From an uncultured Thermoleophilia bacterium (GTDB lineage Bacteria; Actinomycetota; Thermoleophilia; UBA2241): a stretch of DNA of 64,000 nt. The stretch is from assembly GCA_963702475.1 (NCBI GenBank), contig CAVPCT010000006.1, positions 96,001 to 160,000 of the forward strand, in the 5' to 3' direction. Positions 19,258 through 29,242 of this stretch are shown here, piece after piece; position 1 is the stretch's first letter, and each line of letters opens with the position of its first letter. The notes under the pieces were generated by a model, which searched no databases, was not told the origin of the DNA, and saw only the letters and a list, made by a program, of their open reading frames with translations. The position numbers were made by a program, and so were the translations under genes.

Positions 19258-20078
19258 TGAGACGCATCCAGGAGTTGTTCGGAGACAGAAGACCCCTGAT
19301 AGCCATGGCGCACCTGCGGGCGCTGCCGGGCACCCCACTGTACGACGCCGAAGCCGGGTTGGCCGGGGTGGTCGACGCGCTTCGTGCCGACCTCGACATC
19401 ATCCTCGCCGCCGAGTTCGACGCGGTCCTCTTCTGCAACGAAGGAGACCTTCCCTATTCGTTCAAGGCGGGGTACGAGGGCGTGGCGGCCATGACGAGGG
19501 TGGTAACGGAGCTCGCGCCCAAGGACCGGCCCTTCGGGGTCGACTTCCTCTGGGACCCGCTGGCCGCCCTCAACATCGCCGCGGCCACGGGCGGATCGTT
19601 CATCCGCTGCGTGCCGGTCGGGCGGTACGAATCGGACATGGGGCTGTGGAGCACCGACGTGGCCGGGCTGCTGCGCGAACGGCGTCGCATCGGCGCGGAC
19701 GGCGTGGCCACGTTCATGAACGTCACACCCGAGTTCGCCAGCTCGCTGGGCACGCGCAGCGTCACCGAGGTGGCGCGGTCGGCGGTGTGGTCCAGCCTGG
19801 CCGACGCCATCCTCATCTCCGGCCCACGGCAGGCGACCGAGCCTGACATGACCGTGCTGGCGCAGGTCAAGGAGACGCTGTCGGGCGCCGCGCCCGTCTT
19901 CGCCAACACCGGCGCCAAAGCCGCCAACGTGGCCTCCTTCCTCGAGACGGCGGACGGCATCATCGTCGGCTCCGACCTCAAGCGCGACGGCTACACGTGG
20001 AACGAGGTCTCCGCCGACCGCGTCGCCGCATTCACGGCCGCGGCCGGGCGCCGGGTGAGCCAAGCGGGCGTGGCGTGA
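19257..20078 (+). CDS. BtpA/SgcQ family protein
   Basis: HL.ALPGTP.Y, NEGD.P, NTG...NV, DG.IVGS.LK.DG. Confidence 0.9.
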   Translation: MRRIQELFGDRRPLIAMAHLRALPGTPLYDAEAGLAGVVDALRADLDIILAAEFDAVLFCNEGDLPYSFKAGYEGVAAMTRVVTELAPKDRPFGVDFLWDPLAALNIAAATGGSFIRCVPVGRYESDMGLWSTDVAGLLRERRRIGADGVATFMNVTPEFASSLGTRSVTEVARSAVWSSLADAILISGPRQATEPDMTVLAQVKETLSGAAPVFANTGAKAANVASFLETADGIIVGSDLKRDGYTWNEVSADRVAAFTAAAGRRVSQAGVA

Positions 20079-21529
20079 GCGTCCTGCTCGGCATCGACGT
20101 CGGCACCACCGGCACCAAGGCCCTGCTGCTGGATCCCGACCGCGGCGTGGTGGCGGAGGCGGAGCGTCCCAGCACGCTGCACTCACTTCACGCAGGGTGG
20201 GCCGAGGAGGACACGGACGAGTGGTGGGCAAACGTCTGCGCCATCACCCACGAGCTGCTGGACGGGAGCGAGCAGGACGTCCTGGGCATCGGCGTGACCG
20301 GCATGGTGCCGTGCACCATCCCGCTCGACCAGCGCGGTGTGCCGCTCCGCTGGTCGATCCAGCAGAACGACGCCCGGTCAGTCGTCGAGGTCGAGGAGCT
20401 CCGCCGGCGGCTGGAGGGCGCGGAGGTGCTCGAACGGACGGGCTCGGCGATCACGCAGCAGTCCACCGGTCCGCGTCTTCTGTGGCTCGCCGAACACGAG
20501 CCAGACGTGTGGCGCCGCACGCGTACGCTCATGGGGTCGTACGACTTCATCACCATGCGGCTGTCGGGGGCCCGGTCCGTCGAGGCGAACTGGGCCCTCG
20601 AGACAGGGCTGCTGGAGTTCGCGCGCATGGACTGGGCCGACGACGTGCTGGAGGCGTGCGGCGGCCGCAAGGAGCTCCTGCCGCCGATCCGCCGCTGCGA
20701 CGAGGTCGTCGGAGCCGTCACGCGCGAGGCCGCCGTCGCGACGGGCATCCGTGAAGGGGTCCCTGTCGTGGCCGGCACCGCCGACCACATCGGGTCCACC
20801 TTCGCCTCCGGCGTGCTCGACGAGGGCGACCTGCTGGTCAAGCTCGGCGGCGCCGGCGACATCATGCTGGCGGTGGACGCGCCGTTCGTGGACGACAGGC
20901 TCTATCTGGACTTCCACCTGCTGCCCGGCCGTTTCGTCCTGAGCGGCTGCATGGCCACGAGCGGCAGCCTCATCAAGTGGTTCCAGCGCGAGTGCGCCGC
21001 GGGCGCCGGTCTCGCCCAGCTGGACGAGGAGGCCGCGGCCGTGCCGCCGGGGGCGGGCGGCGTCATCTGCCTCCCCTACTTCCTCGGCGAGAAGACGCCC
21101 ATCAACGATCCCGAGGCCACGGGGGCCTTCGTCGGCCTGCGGCTCACGCAGGACCGCGGCCACCTGTTCCGCGCCGTGCTCGAGGGCATCGCCTACGGTT
21201 TTCGCCACCACCAGGAGGTCTTCGCCGACCGCGGTCACCGGCCGCTGCGAGCCCGGGTCACCGACGGCGGCTCACGCTCCCGCGTGTGGACGCAGATCAC
21301 CGCGGACGTCCTGGGACTGCCGCTCGAGAAGGTGACGCTGCGCAGCGGGTCCGCCTTCGCCGCGGCGTTCTGCGCCGGGATGGGTGTGGGCGTGTTCACC
21401 GGGTGGCGCGACGTCGACCGCTTCGCCTCAGTGGACGAAGTCATCGAACCGCAGCACTACGACGTGTACGACCGCGGCTACCGGGCGTACCGGGAGCTGT
21501 ACCCGATGCTCAAAGGGGTCCTGCCATGA
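20075..21529 (+). CDS. FGGY-family carbohydrate kinase (xylulokinase-like)
   Basis: LGIDVGTTGTKA, LPYFLGEKTP, AVLEGIAY, DGGSRS..W.QI.ADV. Confidence 0.92.
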   Translation: MSVLLGIDVGTTGTKALLLDPDRGVVAEAERPSTLHSLHAGWAEEDTDEWWANVCAITHELLDGSEQDVLGIGVTGMVPCTIPLDQRGVPLRWSIQQNDARSVVEVEELRRRLEGAEVLERTGSAITQQSTGPRLLWLAEHEPDVWRRTRTLMGSYDFITMRLSGARSVEANWALETGLLEFARMDWADDVLEACGGRKELLPPIRRCDEVVGAVTREAAVATGIREGVPVVAGTADHIGSTFASGVLDEGDLLVKLGGAGDIMLAVDAPFVDDRLYLDFHLLPGRFVLSGCMATSGSLIKWFQRECAAGAGLAQLDEEAAAVPPGAGGVICLPYFLGEKTPINDPEATGAFVGLRLTQDRGHLFRAVLEGIAYGFRHHQEVFADRGHRPLRARVTDGGSRSRVWTQITADVLGLPLEKVTLRSGSAFAAAFCAGMGVGVFTGWRDVDRFASVDEVIEPQHYDVYDRGYRAYRELYPMLKGVLP

Positions 21530-22278
21530 GTGTGCTCGTCACCGGCGCCGGCAGCGGCATCGGCGAGGCCACCGCCCGCCTGCTGGCGCAGCGCGGCCAC
21601 GACGTGGCCGTCACCGACATCGACGAGGCGGCCGCCGCCAGGGTGGCCGGCGAGATAGGCGGCCTCGGGATGCGGCTCGACGTGACCAGCCGGGCCTCCA
21701 TCCGCGAGGCCATCGCGGCGACCGAGGCCGCGCTCTCGCCGCTCGAGGGCTGGGTGTCCAACGCCGGCGTGTCGTCGATGATCTCCTTTCTCGACATGCC
21801 CGACGAGGAGTGGCACCGCATGCTCGCCGTCAACGAATCGGGCGTCTTCTACTGCGGGCAGGAGTTCGCCCGTCACCTCGTGGCCGCCGGTCGGCCGGGC
21901 GCGATCGTCAACGTCGCCTCCATGGCCGCCAAGCAGGGCAACGTGCCGTACCTGTCGCACTACATCGCCTCCAAGTTCGCCGTGGTCGGGCTCACGCAGG
22001 CCATGGCGTACGAGCTGGGCCCCCACGGCATCCGCGTGAACAGCGTGTGCCCCGGGTGGGTGGCGACGTCCATGCAGGAGCGCGAGCTTGTGTGGGAGGG
22101 GGAGCTTCGCGACATGACGCCCGACGAGGTCAGGCAGTCGTTCATCGACAACACGCCGCTGGGACGTATCGAGACCGGCGACGACGTGGCGCGCACCATC
22201 GTGTTCTTGCTGGGACCAGACGCGGTGTTCGTGACCGGAGAGGCGCTGAACATCAACGGCGGCGCCTTCATGGACTGA
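21526..22278 (+). CDS. SDR family oxidoreductase (polyol dehydrogenase-like)
   Basis: TGAGSGIG, SNAG, YIASKFAV, VCPG. Confidence 0.92.
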   Translation: MSVLVTGAGSGIGEATARLLAQRGHDVAVTDIDEAAAARVAGEIGGLGMRLDVTSRASIREAIAATEAALSPLEGWVSNAGVSSMISFLDMPDEEWHRMLAVNESGVFYCGQEFARHLVAAGRPGAIVNVASMAAKQGNVPYLSHYIASKFAVVGLTQAMAYELGPHGIRVNSVCPGWVATSMQERELVWEGELRDMTPDEVRQSFIDNTPLGRIETGDDVARTIVFLLGPDAVFVTGEALNINGGAFMD

Positions 22279-22295
22279 GACAGGGGGACGGGGAC

Positions 22296-23891
22296 ATGGG
22301 TGAAGAAAGAGAGAAGTCGATCCTCCGCCGCGGGCTCACGCGGCGGGACGTACTGAAGGGCGCAGCCCTGGCGGGCGCGGCCTACACCGTGGGCGGCACG
22401 CTCCTCGCCTGCGGCGGCGGAGACGAGGAGCCCGCGAGCTCGCCCTCCGCGTCGGCCGCGGCCACGCCGAAGAGCGGCGGCACCATCAACGCGGGCATCA
22501 CCGGCGGCTCCAACTCCAACACGCTCGACGTGACCGCCGAGATCACCAACTCCGACGCGGCGCGCACCGTGATGTGCTACGAGGCGCTCGTGGAGATCAA
22601 GGCCGACGGCACCATGGAGTTCCTCCTGGCCGAGGACATGATCCCCAACGCCGACGCCAGCGAGTGGACCATCAAGCTGAAGCCCGACATCACGTGGCAG
22701 GACGGCAAGCCGTTCACCGTCGACGACGTGATGTACACGTACAACTACATCGCCAAAGAGGGTAAGAACGGCTCCGGCTTCCTCTCGGTCGTCGACCTGC
22801 CCGCCATGAAGAAGGTCGACGACCTGACGCTCTCGGTGCCGATGCTGCAGCCCAACAGCATCTTCATCCAGGTGCAGCCCACCTGGTTCCTCCCGATCGT
22901 GCCGGTCGACTGGGACCCCAACACGCCCAACGGCACCGGGCCGTTCAAGATCACCAGCTTCTCGCCGCAGCAGACCATCTTCGAGCGCAACGAGAACTAC
23001 TGGAACCAGCCGCTGCCGTACGTCGACAAGGTCGTCCTCAGCGAGTACGCCGACATCACGGCCCAGGTCAACGCGCTCCTCGGCGGCCAGGTCGACACCA
23101 TCAGCCTCATCACCTCCAACGAGATCGGCTCGCTCGAGAGCCAGGGCAAGAAGCTCGTCATCTCGCCCGGCGGCGGCATGAACCCGTTCACCATGAACAC
23201 CCAGGTCGCGCCGTTCGACGACGTCCGCGTGCGGCAGGCGATGCGGCTCATCATCGACCGTCCCCAGATGCTCGACCTGGTGTTCAAGGGCAACGGCACC
23301 CTGGGCAACGACGTCTTCTCCCGCTGGGATCCCGCGTACGACACGTCCATCCCGCAGCGCGAGCAGGACATCGAGCAGGCCAAGTCGCTGCTCAAGCAGG
23401 CGGGGCAGGAAGGCCTCACCGTGGAGCTCGTGACCGCCGACATCGCCATGGGCGTGGTCTCGTCGGCGCAGGTGTTCGCGGAGCAGGCCAAGGCGGCCGG
23501 CGTCACCGTGAACGTGCGCAAGACGACGGTGACCGACTTCTTCGGGCCCGAGTACCTGAAGTACCCGTTCGCCTTCGACTACTGGGGCTTCCAGTACTAC
23601 CTGCCCCAGGTGCAGTCGGAGCTGCTGCCCACGTCGCCGTACTGGGAGACCCACTGGGACGACCCGCGCACGCAGAAGCTGTACAAGCAGGCGCTGGCCA
23701 CCCCCGACGAGACGCAGCGCACGGAGATCTGCCACGAGATGCAGCTCATCGACCACGAGGAGGGCGGGCTCATGATCCCGTTCTTCCCGCCCGTCATCGA
23801 CGCCTCCATTCCCACGATCAACGGCACCCAGCAGAGCAAGGTCGGCGCCGCCTGGAACAACTTCGACTTCAAGAGCTACTGGCTGAGCTGA
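22296..23891 (+). CDS. ABC transporter substrate-binding lipoprotein, family 5 (Opp/Dpp), Tat signal
   Basis: TRRDVLK Tat motif plus LLAC lipobox; W.DG.PFT.DDV, GTGPFK, PFDDVRVRQA. Confidence 0.92.
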   Translation: MGEEREKSILRRGLTRRDVLKGAALAGAAYTVGGTLLACGGGDEEPASSPSASAAATPKSGGTINAGITGGSNSNTLDVTAEITNSDAARTVMCYEALVEIKADGTMEFLLAEDMIPNADASEWTIKLKPDITWQDGKPFTVDDVMYTYNYIAKEGKNGSGFLSVVDLPAMKKVDDLTLSVPMLQPNSIFIQVQPTWFLPIVPVDWDPNTPNGTGPFKITSFSPQQTIFERNENYWNQPLPYVDKVVLSEYADITAQVNALLGGQVDTISLITSNEIGSLESQGKKLVISPGGGMNPFTMNTQVAPFDDVRVRQAMRLIIDRPQMLDLVFKGNGTLGNDVFSRWDPAYDTSIPQREQDIEQAKSLLKQAGQEGLTVELVTADIAMGVVSSAQVFAEQAKAAGVTVNVRKTTVTDFFGPEYLKYPFAFDYWGFQYYLPQVQSELLPTSPYWETHWDDPRTQKLYKQALATPDETQRTEICHEMQLIDHEEGGLMIPFFPPVIDASIPTINGTQQSKVGAAWNNFDFKSYWLS

Positions 23892-23917
23892 GCCGTCGAT
23901 GATGGAATGACGGCGGG

Positions 23918-24937
23918 ATGAGCACCAACGGCCAGGTGGCGGCCGCGCCCGAGACCCGGGCGCGGCCCAAGAAGGCGCACCCCTTCGCTGCGCTCATCGG
24001 GCGCCGCCTGGCCTTGGGCGTGGTCACGCTCTTCCTCGTCTCCATCGTCATCTTCGCGGCCACGACCGTGCTGCCCGGCAACGCCGCGTACGCGGTGCTG
24101 GGGCAGCACGCCACCCCCGAGCGTGTGGCCGCGCTCGAGGCCGAACTGGACCTGGACAAGCCGGTGGTGGTGCAGTACTGGAACTGGATCTCCGGCGTTC
24201 TGCAGGGAGATCTGGGCGAGTCGTTCGCCAACGGCGATCCCGTGGCCAAGCTCGTGGTGCCGCGGATCGCCAACTCCCTGGTGCTCGTCCTCCTGGCCGG
24301 CGCCATCGGCACGCTTATCGGCGTGGGCCTCGGCATCCTCGCCGCGGCTCGACGTGACGGCTGGCTCGACACCACCCTCTCGGTGATCGCGCTGGCCGTC
24401 ACGTCGCTGCCCGAGTTCGTCGTGGCCATCGGGCTGGTGATGCTGCTCGCCTCGCTGGTGCTCCACTGGCTCCCGGCGGTGTCGTTCATCCCGCCGGGCC
24501 AGTCGCCGTGGGCCGAGCCCGCGCTGCTCGTGCTGCCGGTGGCCACGCTCGTCGTCGTCATCGTGCCGTACATCTTCCGTATGATGCGAGGCGCCATGAT
24601 CGAGGCGCTCGAGAGCGACTACGTTGAGATGGCCAAGCTCAAGGGCGCCCGCCGCCGCCGCGTGCTCCTCGTCCACGCCCTGCCCAACTCCATCGCCCCG
24701 ACGATCCAGGTGATCGGACTCAACCTGCTGTACCTGGCGGGGGGCATCGTGGTGGTCGAGTACGTCTTCGCGTACCCCGGCATCGGCGCGGGGCTCGTGG
24801 ACGGCGTCTCGGCGCGGGACATCCCCGTGATCCAGTTCATCACGCTGGTGCTCGCCGCCTTCTACGTGTTCATGAACATCCTGACGGACGTGGTGGCGCT
24901 GCTCGCCTCACCGCGGCGAAGGCTGCCACGCTCGTGA
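23918..24937 (+). CDS. ABC transporter permease (OppB/DppB)
   Basis: GDLGES, EAA-loop region DYVEMAKLKG, VEYVFAYPGIG. Confidence 0.93.
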   Translation: MSTNGQVAAAPETRARPKKAHPFAALIGRRLALGVVTLFLVSIVIFAATTVLPGNAAYAVLGQHATPERVAALEAELDLDKPVVVQYWNWISGVLQGDLGESFANGDPVAKLVVPRIANSLVLVLLAGAIGTLIGVGLGILAAARRDGWLDTTLSVIALAVTSLPEFVVAIGLVMLLASLVLHWLPAVSFIPPGQSPWAEPALLVLPVATLVVVIVPYIFRMMRGAMIEALESDYVEMAKLKGARRRRVLLVHALPNSIAPTIQVIGLNLLYLAGGIVVVEYVFAYPGIGAGLVDGVSARDIPVIQFITLVLAAFYVFMNILTDVVALLASPRRRLPRS

Positions 24938-25905
24938 AGCCGGCCGAAACGGCACCCGCGGCGCCCTCCGGCGCACGGACCGGCGACGGCACGAGCGCGC
25001 GCCTGCGCCGCCGCGAGTGGCTCGCGGTGCTCGCCGCCGCGGCGCGGAGCCGGCGCGGCAAGATAGGCCTCGGCGTCGGCCTCGCGGTGGTCGCCATCGC
25101 CGTGATCGGGCCGTTCGTGGCACCGTACTCGGCCACGGAGTTCGTGAGCTCCACGTTCGCACCGCCCTCCGGCGAGTACTGGCTGGGCACGGACGTCCTC
25201 GGCCGCGACGTGCTCACGCGCGTGCTGTGCGGCGGCTGGCTGCTCCTCATCGTGGCCGCCGCCTCGACCGCGCTCGGGGTGACCGTCGGCGCCCTCGCCG
25301 GCGTCATGGCGGCGTACTACCGGGGCTGGCGGGACGGCCTGATCATGCGCATAGTCGACATCGTCCTGGCCTTTCCCGCTATCGTCTTCGCCCTGCTGCT
25401 GGTCAGCATCGCCGGACCCAAGCTGTGGCTGGTCGTGGTCGCCGTGGCGGCCACGCACGCTCCCCAGGTGGCCAGGGTCATGCGCTCAGCCGCCCTGGAC
25501 ATCTGCGAGAAGGACCATGTGAAGGCCATGGAGCTCATCCGCCTGCCGTCCCTCAAGATCATCCGCGGCGAGATCGTCCCCAACCTGGTCACGCCGCTCA
25601 TGGTCGAGACCGGCCTGCGCATGACCTGGTCCATCGTGATCATCGCCGGTCTGAGCTTCATCGGGTTCGGCCTGCAGCCGCCGGCTCCCAACTGGGGCCT
25701 CATGCTCAACGAGAACCGCATCGGCCTCGTCAGCAACCCGTGGGGTGTGGCGGCGCCCGCAATCCTCATCGCGCTCCTCACCATCGGTCTCAACACCTTC
25801 ACCGACGCGGTGGCCCGCGTCTCCATCGGCGTGGAGCGGCCGGTCGGCGAGAAGGAGCTCCTGCAGGAACGGCTCATCGGGCGCCCGCTCGACTCTGTGG
25901 ACTGA
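24934..25905 (+). CDS. ABC transporter permease (OppC/DppC)
   Basis: LGTD.LGRDV.TR, LSFIGFGLQPP.P.WG.ML. Confidence 0.93.
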   Translation: MKPAETAPAAPSGARTGDGTSARLRRREWLAVLAAAARSRRGKIGLGVGLAVVAIAVIGPFVAPYSATEFVSSTFAPPSGEYWLGTDVLGRDVLTRVLCGGWLLLIVAAASTALGVTVGALAGVMAAYYRGWRDGLIMRIVDIVLAFPAIVFALLLVSIAGPKLWLVVVAVAATHAPQVARVMRSAALDICEKDHVKAMELIRLPSLKIIRGEIVPNLVTPLMVETGLRMTWSIVIIAGLSFIGFGLQPPAPNWGLMLNENRIGLVSNPWGVAAPAILIALLTIGLNTFTDAVARVSIGVERPVGEKELLQERLIGRPLDSVD

Positions 25906-25906
25906 C

Positions 25907-27748
25907 GTGCCGGGCTCACCCCGCATCGTCGTCCAGGGTCTGCGCGTGGTGCTCGCCGGCACGGCCGTGGACGTGGTCGACGCCGTCGACCTTTCCGTGG
26001 ACGCGGGGGAGGTGGTGGGACTCGTCGGCGAGTCCGGTTCGGGCAAGACCACGGTGGCGCTCACCCTTCTCGGCCACTGCCGCCGCGGTCTGTCGGTGGT
26101 CGCCGGCACCGTGGAGCTCGAGGGGCGCGACCTGCTCACGCTCGGTGAGGAGGAGTTGCGGCGCCTCCGCGGGCGCCGCGTCGCCTACGTGCCGCAGGAC
26201 CCCGCCAGTGCCCTCAACCCGTCTCTCAAGGTCGGCTACCAGTTGCGCGAGGCGCTCACGGTGCACGCCGGCGACGACCCCGGCCTGCCGGGCGCGGACG
26301 AGCGCATGGCGCAGGTCCTCGCCGAGGTCAACCTCGGCGCCGGCCCGGAGATCCTCGACCGCTATCCCCACCAGCTCTCGGGGGGCCAGCAGCAGCGCAT
26401 CGCCCTGGCGATGGCCTTCTCGTGCCGCCCCGAGCTCATCGTCCTGGACGAGCCCACCACCGGCCTGGACGTGGCCACGCAGCGCCACGTCCTCGATACG
26501 GTCCGCGGGCTGTGCAGCTCCTATGGCGTCGCCGCGCTCTACGTGACCCACGACCTGGCGGTCGTGGCCGAGATCGCCGACCGCGTGGCCGTCATGTACG
26601 CCGGTCAGCTCATCGAGCTCGGTACCACGAAGGAGGTGTTCGACACCCCCGGCCACCCGTACACCGACGGGCTCCTCAGGGCCATCCCCTCGCCCGAGAT
26701 CTGTCACGTGCTCGAGGGCATGGAGGGCCAGCCGCCGAGCCCGGGACGAAAGCCTGCCGGGTGCTTCTTCGAGCCGCGGTGCGGCTATGCCATCCCCGAC
26801 TGCGGAGCCGCGCCGCCGCCGATGGTGGCGCTTGGCGACGGCGGCCACAGCTCGCGCTGCATCCGCGCGCGGGAGCTTGTGCGCGTCTCCACGGGCGTGG
26901 AGAAGCTCGCCGCCGACCGCGAGTCGGCCGTGGGCAGAGCGGGCGGGGCACCGCTCCTCGACGTCACCGGCCTGGACGCGTTCTACAACGACGTGCCCGT
27001 GCTGTTCGACGTCGCGCTGACGGTGCCACGCACGTCGTGTGTGGCCGTGGTGGGCGAGTCCGGCTCGGGCAAGACCACGCTCGCACGCTGCGTGATCGGC
27101 CTGCACGGCAACTGGACCGGGCAGGTGAGCTACGACGGCGCGGAGCTGGGACCCCTCGCCAAGGACCGCGCCATGGACGTGCTGCGCTCGGTGCAGTACA
27201 TCTTCCAGAACCCGTACACCTCGCTGAACCCGCGCAAGACGGTGGGTCAGCTCGTCGAGCAGCCGCTGGCGCACTTCTTCAAGCTCTCCGTGCGCGAGCG
27301 CACGGAGCGTGTGGTGGCCACACTGGAGGCGGCCGCGCTGAGCGGGGACTTCCTCGGCCGCTATCCCGACCAGCTCAGCGGCGGCGAACGCCAGCGCGTC
27401 GCCATCGCCCGGGCGCTCGTGGTCGAGCCGAGCCTGCTCGTCTGCGACGAGGTGACCTCGGCTCTCGACGTCTCCGTACAGGCCGCGATCGTCGAGCTGC
27501 TCCGCCGGCTTCAGGAGGAGCGCGGCCTGAGCTTACTCTTCATCACGCACAACCTGGCCCTGGTCCGCAGCATCGCCCAGGAGGTGGTCGTGCTGCACGA
27601 GGGCCGCGTGGTCGAACGCGGCCCCACCGACACAGTGCTGTCGCACCCCGTGGACGAGTACACCATCAGGCTGCTCGAGGACGTGCCCAAGCTCACCTCG
27701 CTCGCCGAGACGACACCCGCTGCCTGCGTCACGCCTGCACCGGGCTGA
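25907..27748 (+). CDS. ABC transporter ATPase, fused OppD/OppF
   Basis: Two GESGSGKT Walker A motifs, two YP.QLSGG signatures, DEPTT/DEVTS. Confidence 0.93.
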   Translation: MPGSPRIVVQGLRVVLAGTAVDVVDAVDLSVDAGEVVGLVGESGSGKTTVALTLLGHCRRGLSVVAGTVELEGRDLLTLGEEELRRLRGRRVAYVPQDPASALNPSLKVGYQLREALTVHAGDDPGLPGADERMAQVLAEVNLGAGPEILDRYPHQLSGGQQQRIALAMAFSCRPELIVLDEPTTGLDVATQRHVLDTVRGLCSSYGVAALYVTHDLAVVAEIADRVAVMYAGQLIELGTTKEVFDTPGHPYTDGLLRAIPSPEICHVLEGMEGQPPSPGRKPAGCFFEPRCGYAIPDCGAAPPPMVALGDGGHSSRCIRARELVRVSTGVEKLAADRESAVGRAGGAPLLDVTGLDAFYNDVPVLFDVALTVPRTSCVAVVGESGSGKTTLARCVIGLHGNWTGQVSYDGAELGPLAKDRAMDVLRSVQYIFQNPYTSLNPRKTVGQLVEQPLAHFFKLSVRERTERVVATLEAAALSGDFLGRYPDQLSGGERQRVAIARALVVEPSLLVCDEVTSALDVSVQAAIVELLRRLQEERGLSLLFITHNLALVRSIAQEVVVLHEGRVVERGPTDTVLSHPVDEYTIRLLEDVPKLTSLAETTPAACVTPAPG

Positions 27749-27780
27749 GGCCCGGGCGCGCCGAAGAGGAGGGAGACCCG

Positions 27781-29217
27781 ATGCCGTCGCCGCGACTCGC
27801 CATGCTCGGCCCGGCCGACCGCGACAGGATCCACGAGAGTACTCTGCACGTTCTCGAACGCGTCGGCGTGCGCTTTCAGAGCGCGGCCGCGCGCGCTGTC
27901 CTCGCGGGGGCCGGCTGCGCCGTGGACGACGACCGCGGTCTGGTGCGGATCCCGCGGCGAGTGGTGGAGTGGGCGCTCGACCAGCTGCCTCGCGACGTGG
28001 TGCTCGCGGGTCGCGACCCGGCGCGCGATGCGATGCTCGACGGGTCGCGCACGTTCGCGACGGTGGCCGGCATCTGCCCGTTCATCGTCGACCTCGACAC
28101 GGGCCTGTACCGGGAGCCGCGGCTCGAGGACCTCGAGATGGTGACGCGGGTCGCCGACGCGCTCGACGCCTACGGCATCGTGTGGTACTCGGTGAGCCCA
28201 ACCGGCGGCGTCCCCGCGGTCCTCGTCGATCTCGCCGCCACCGCGTGCATGCTGCAGAACACCGGCAAGCACGTGATGGGTCAGGTGCTCCGCCCCGAGC
28301 AGGTCCCGTACGCTCTCGAGCTCGTGCGCCTTCTGGGAGGCGCCCGTAACGGCGAGGCGCCTCCGGTGTTCTCCGTGATCTACTGTCCCGTGGCGCCGCT
28401 GCAGCACGACGGGCCGGCGCTCGAAGCCGCCATGGCCTTGGCAGCGCAGCGCGTGCCGATCGACATCTTCAGCCTCGCGCTGGCGGGCGCGACGGCGCCG
28501 GTCCCCCTCGCCGCCACCGTCATGCAGACGAACTGCGAGGTGCTGAGCGCCGTCGTCCTGCTCCAGCTCACGGCGCCCGGCTGCCCGTTGATCTACTCCG
28601 CCAACGCCGCTCTCATGGACATGAAGACGTCGCGCATCGCGGTGTCCACGCCGGAGACGCTGCTCATGAACGTGGCGCAGACCGAGCTCGCCCACTCCTA
28701 CGGCATGCCGGCCCTGAGCGTCGGCTACGTCCCGGACTCGAGCGAGCTGGGGTTCCGCGCGGGTGTCGAGGACATGGCCCTGGCGCTGCTCACGAGGCTC
28801 GGTCGCCCGGACATCATGACCGGGCTCGGCACGCTCGAGTCGGGTCAGGCGGTCTCGCTGCCCAAGATGATGCTCGACGCGGAGCTCGTCTCGTACCTCG
28901 AGCACGTCGGCGGCGGGTTCGCGGTGGACGACGACAGCTTGTGTGTCGACGCCATCGCCCGGACAGGGCCGGGCGGGCAGTTCCTGAGCCTGAAAGAGAC
29001 GCGGACACGGCTGCGCGCCGGCGAGCACTGGCAACCCGCCCTGCTGCGGCGGGCGTCGTACGCCGACGTGCGCAAGGGATCGCCGGACGAGGCGGAGCGA
29101 GCTCGCGAGGCCGTGCTCGAGCTGCTCGCGAGCCACCGGCCGCCGGAGATGGGGCCGGGAGTCGCCGAGGACGTCGCGGCGCTCCTGGCTGCGGCCGAGA
29201 TGGAGCTGTCTTCCTGA
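27781..29217 (+). CDS. MttB-family (trimethylamine methyltransferase superfamily) methyltransferase, non-pyrrolysine
   Basis: IHE.TL.VLE.VGV, GATAPV.LA, MDMKT, STPE; Val occupies the Pyl position (YGMPALSVGY-V-PDS). Confidence 0.88.
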   Translation: MPSPRLAMLGPADRDRIHESTLHVLERVGVRFQSAAARAVLAGAGCAVDDDRGLVRIPRRVVEWALDQLPRDVVLAGRDPARDAMLDGSRTFATVAGICPFIVDLDTGLYREPRLEDLEMVTRVADALDAYGIVWYSVSPTGGVPAVLVDLAATACMLQNTGKHVMGQVLRPEQVPYALELVRLLGGARNGEAPPVFSVIYCPVAPLQHDGPALEAAMALAAQRVPIDIFSLALAGATAPVPLAATVMQTNCEVLSAVVLLQLTAPGCPLIYSANAALMDMKTSRIAVSTPETLLMNVAQTELAHSYGMPALSVGYVPDSSELGFRAGVEDMALALLTRLGRPDIMTGLGTLESGQAVSLPKMMLDAELVSYLEHVGGGFAVDDDSLCVDAIARTGPGGQFLSLKETRTRLRAGEHWQPALLRRASYADVRKGSPDEAERAREAVLELLASHRPPEMGPGVAEDVAALLAAAEMELSS

Positions 29218-29242
29218 GCCTGGCCGGCGGTCGCCGATCGGC

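Noticed and set aside
9244-29217. pylT/pylS/pylBCD and a RamA-type corrinoid activator
   Set aside because: None recognised in this window. They must be elsewhere if the Pyl call is right.
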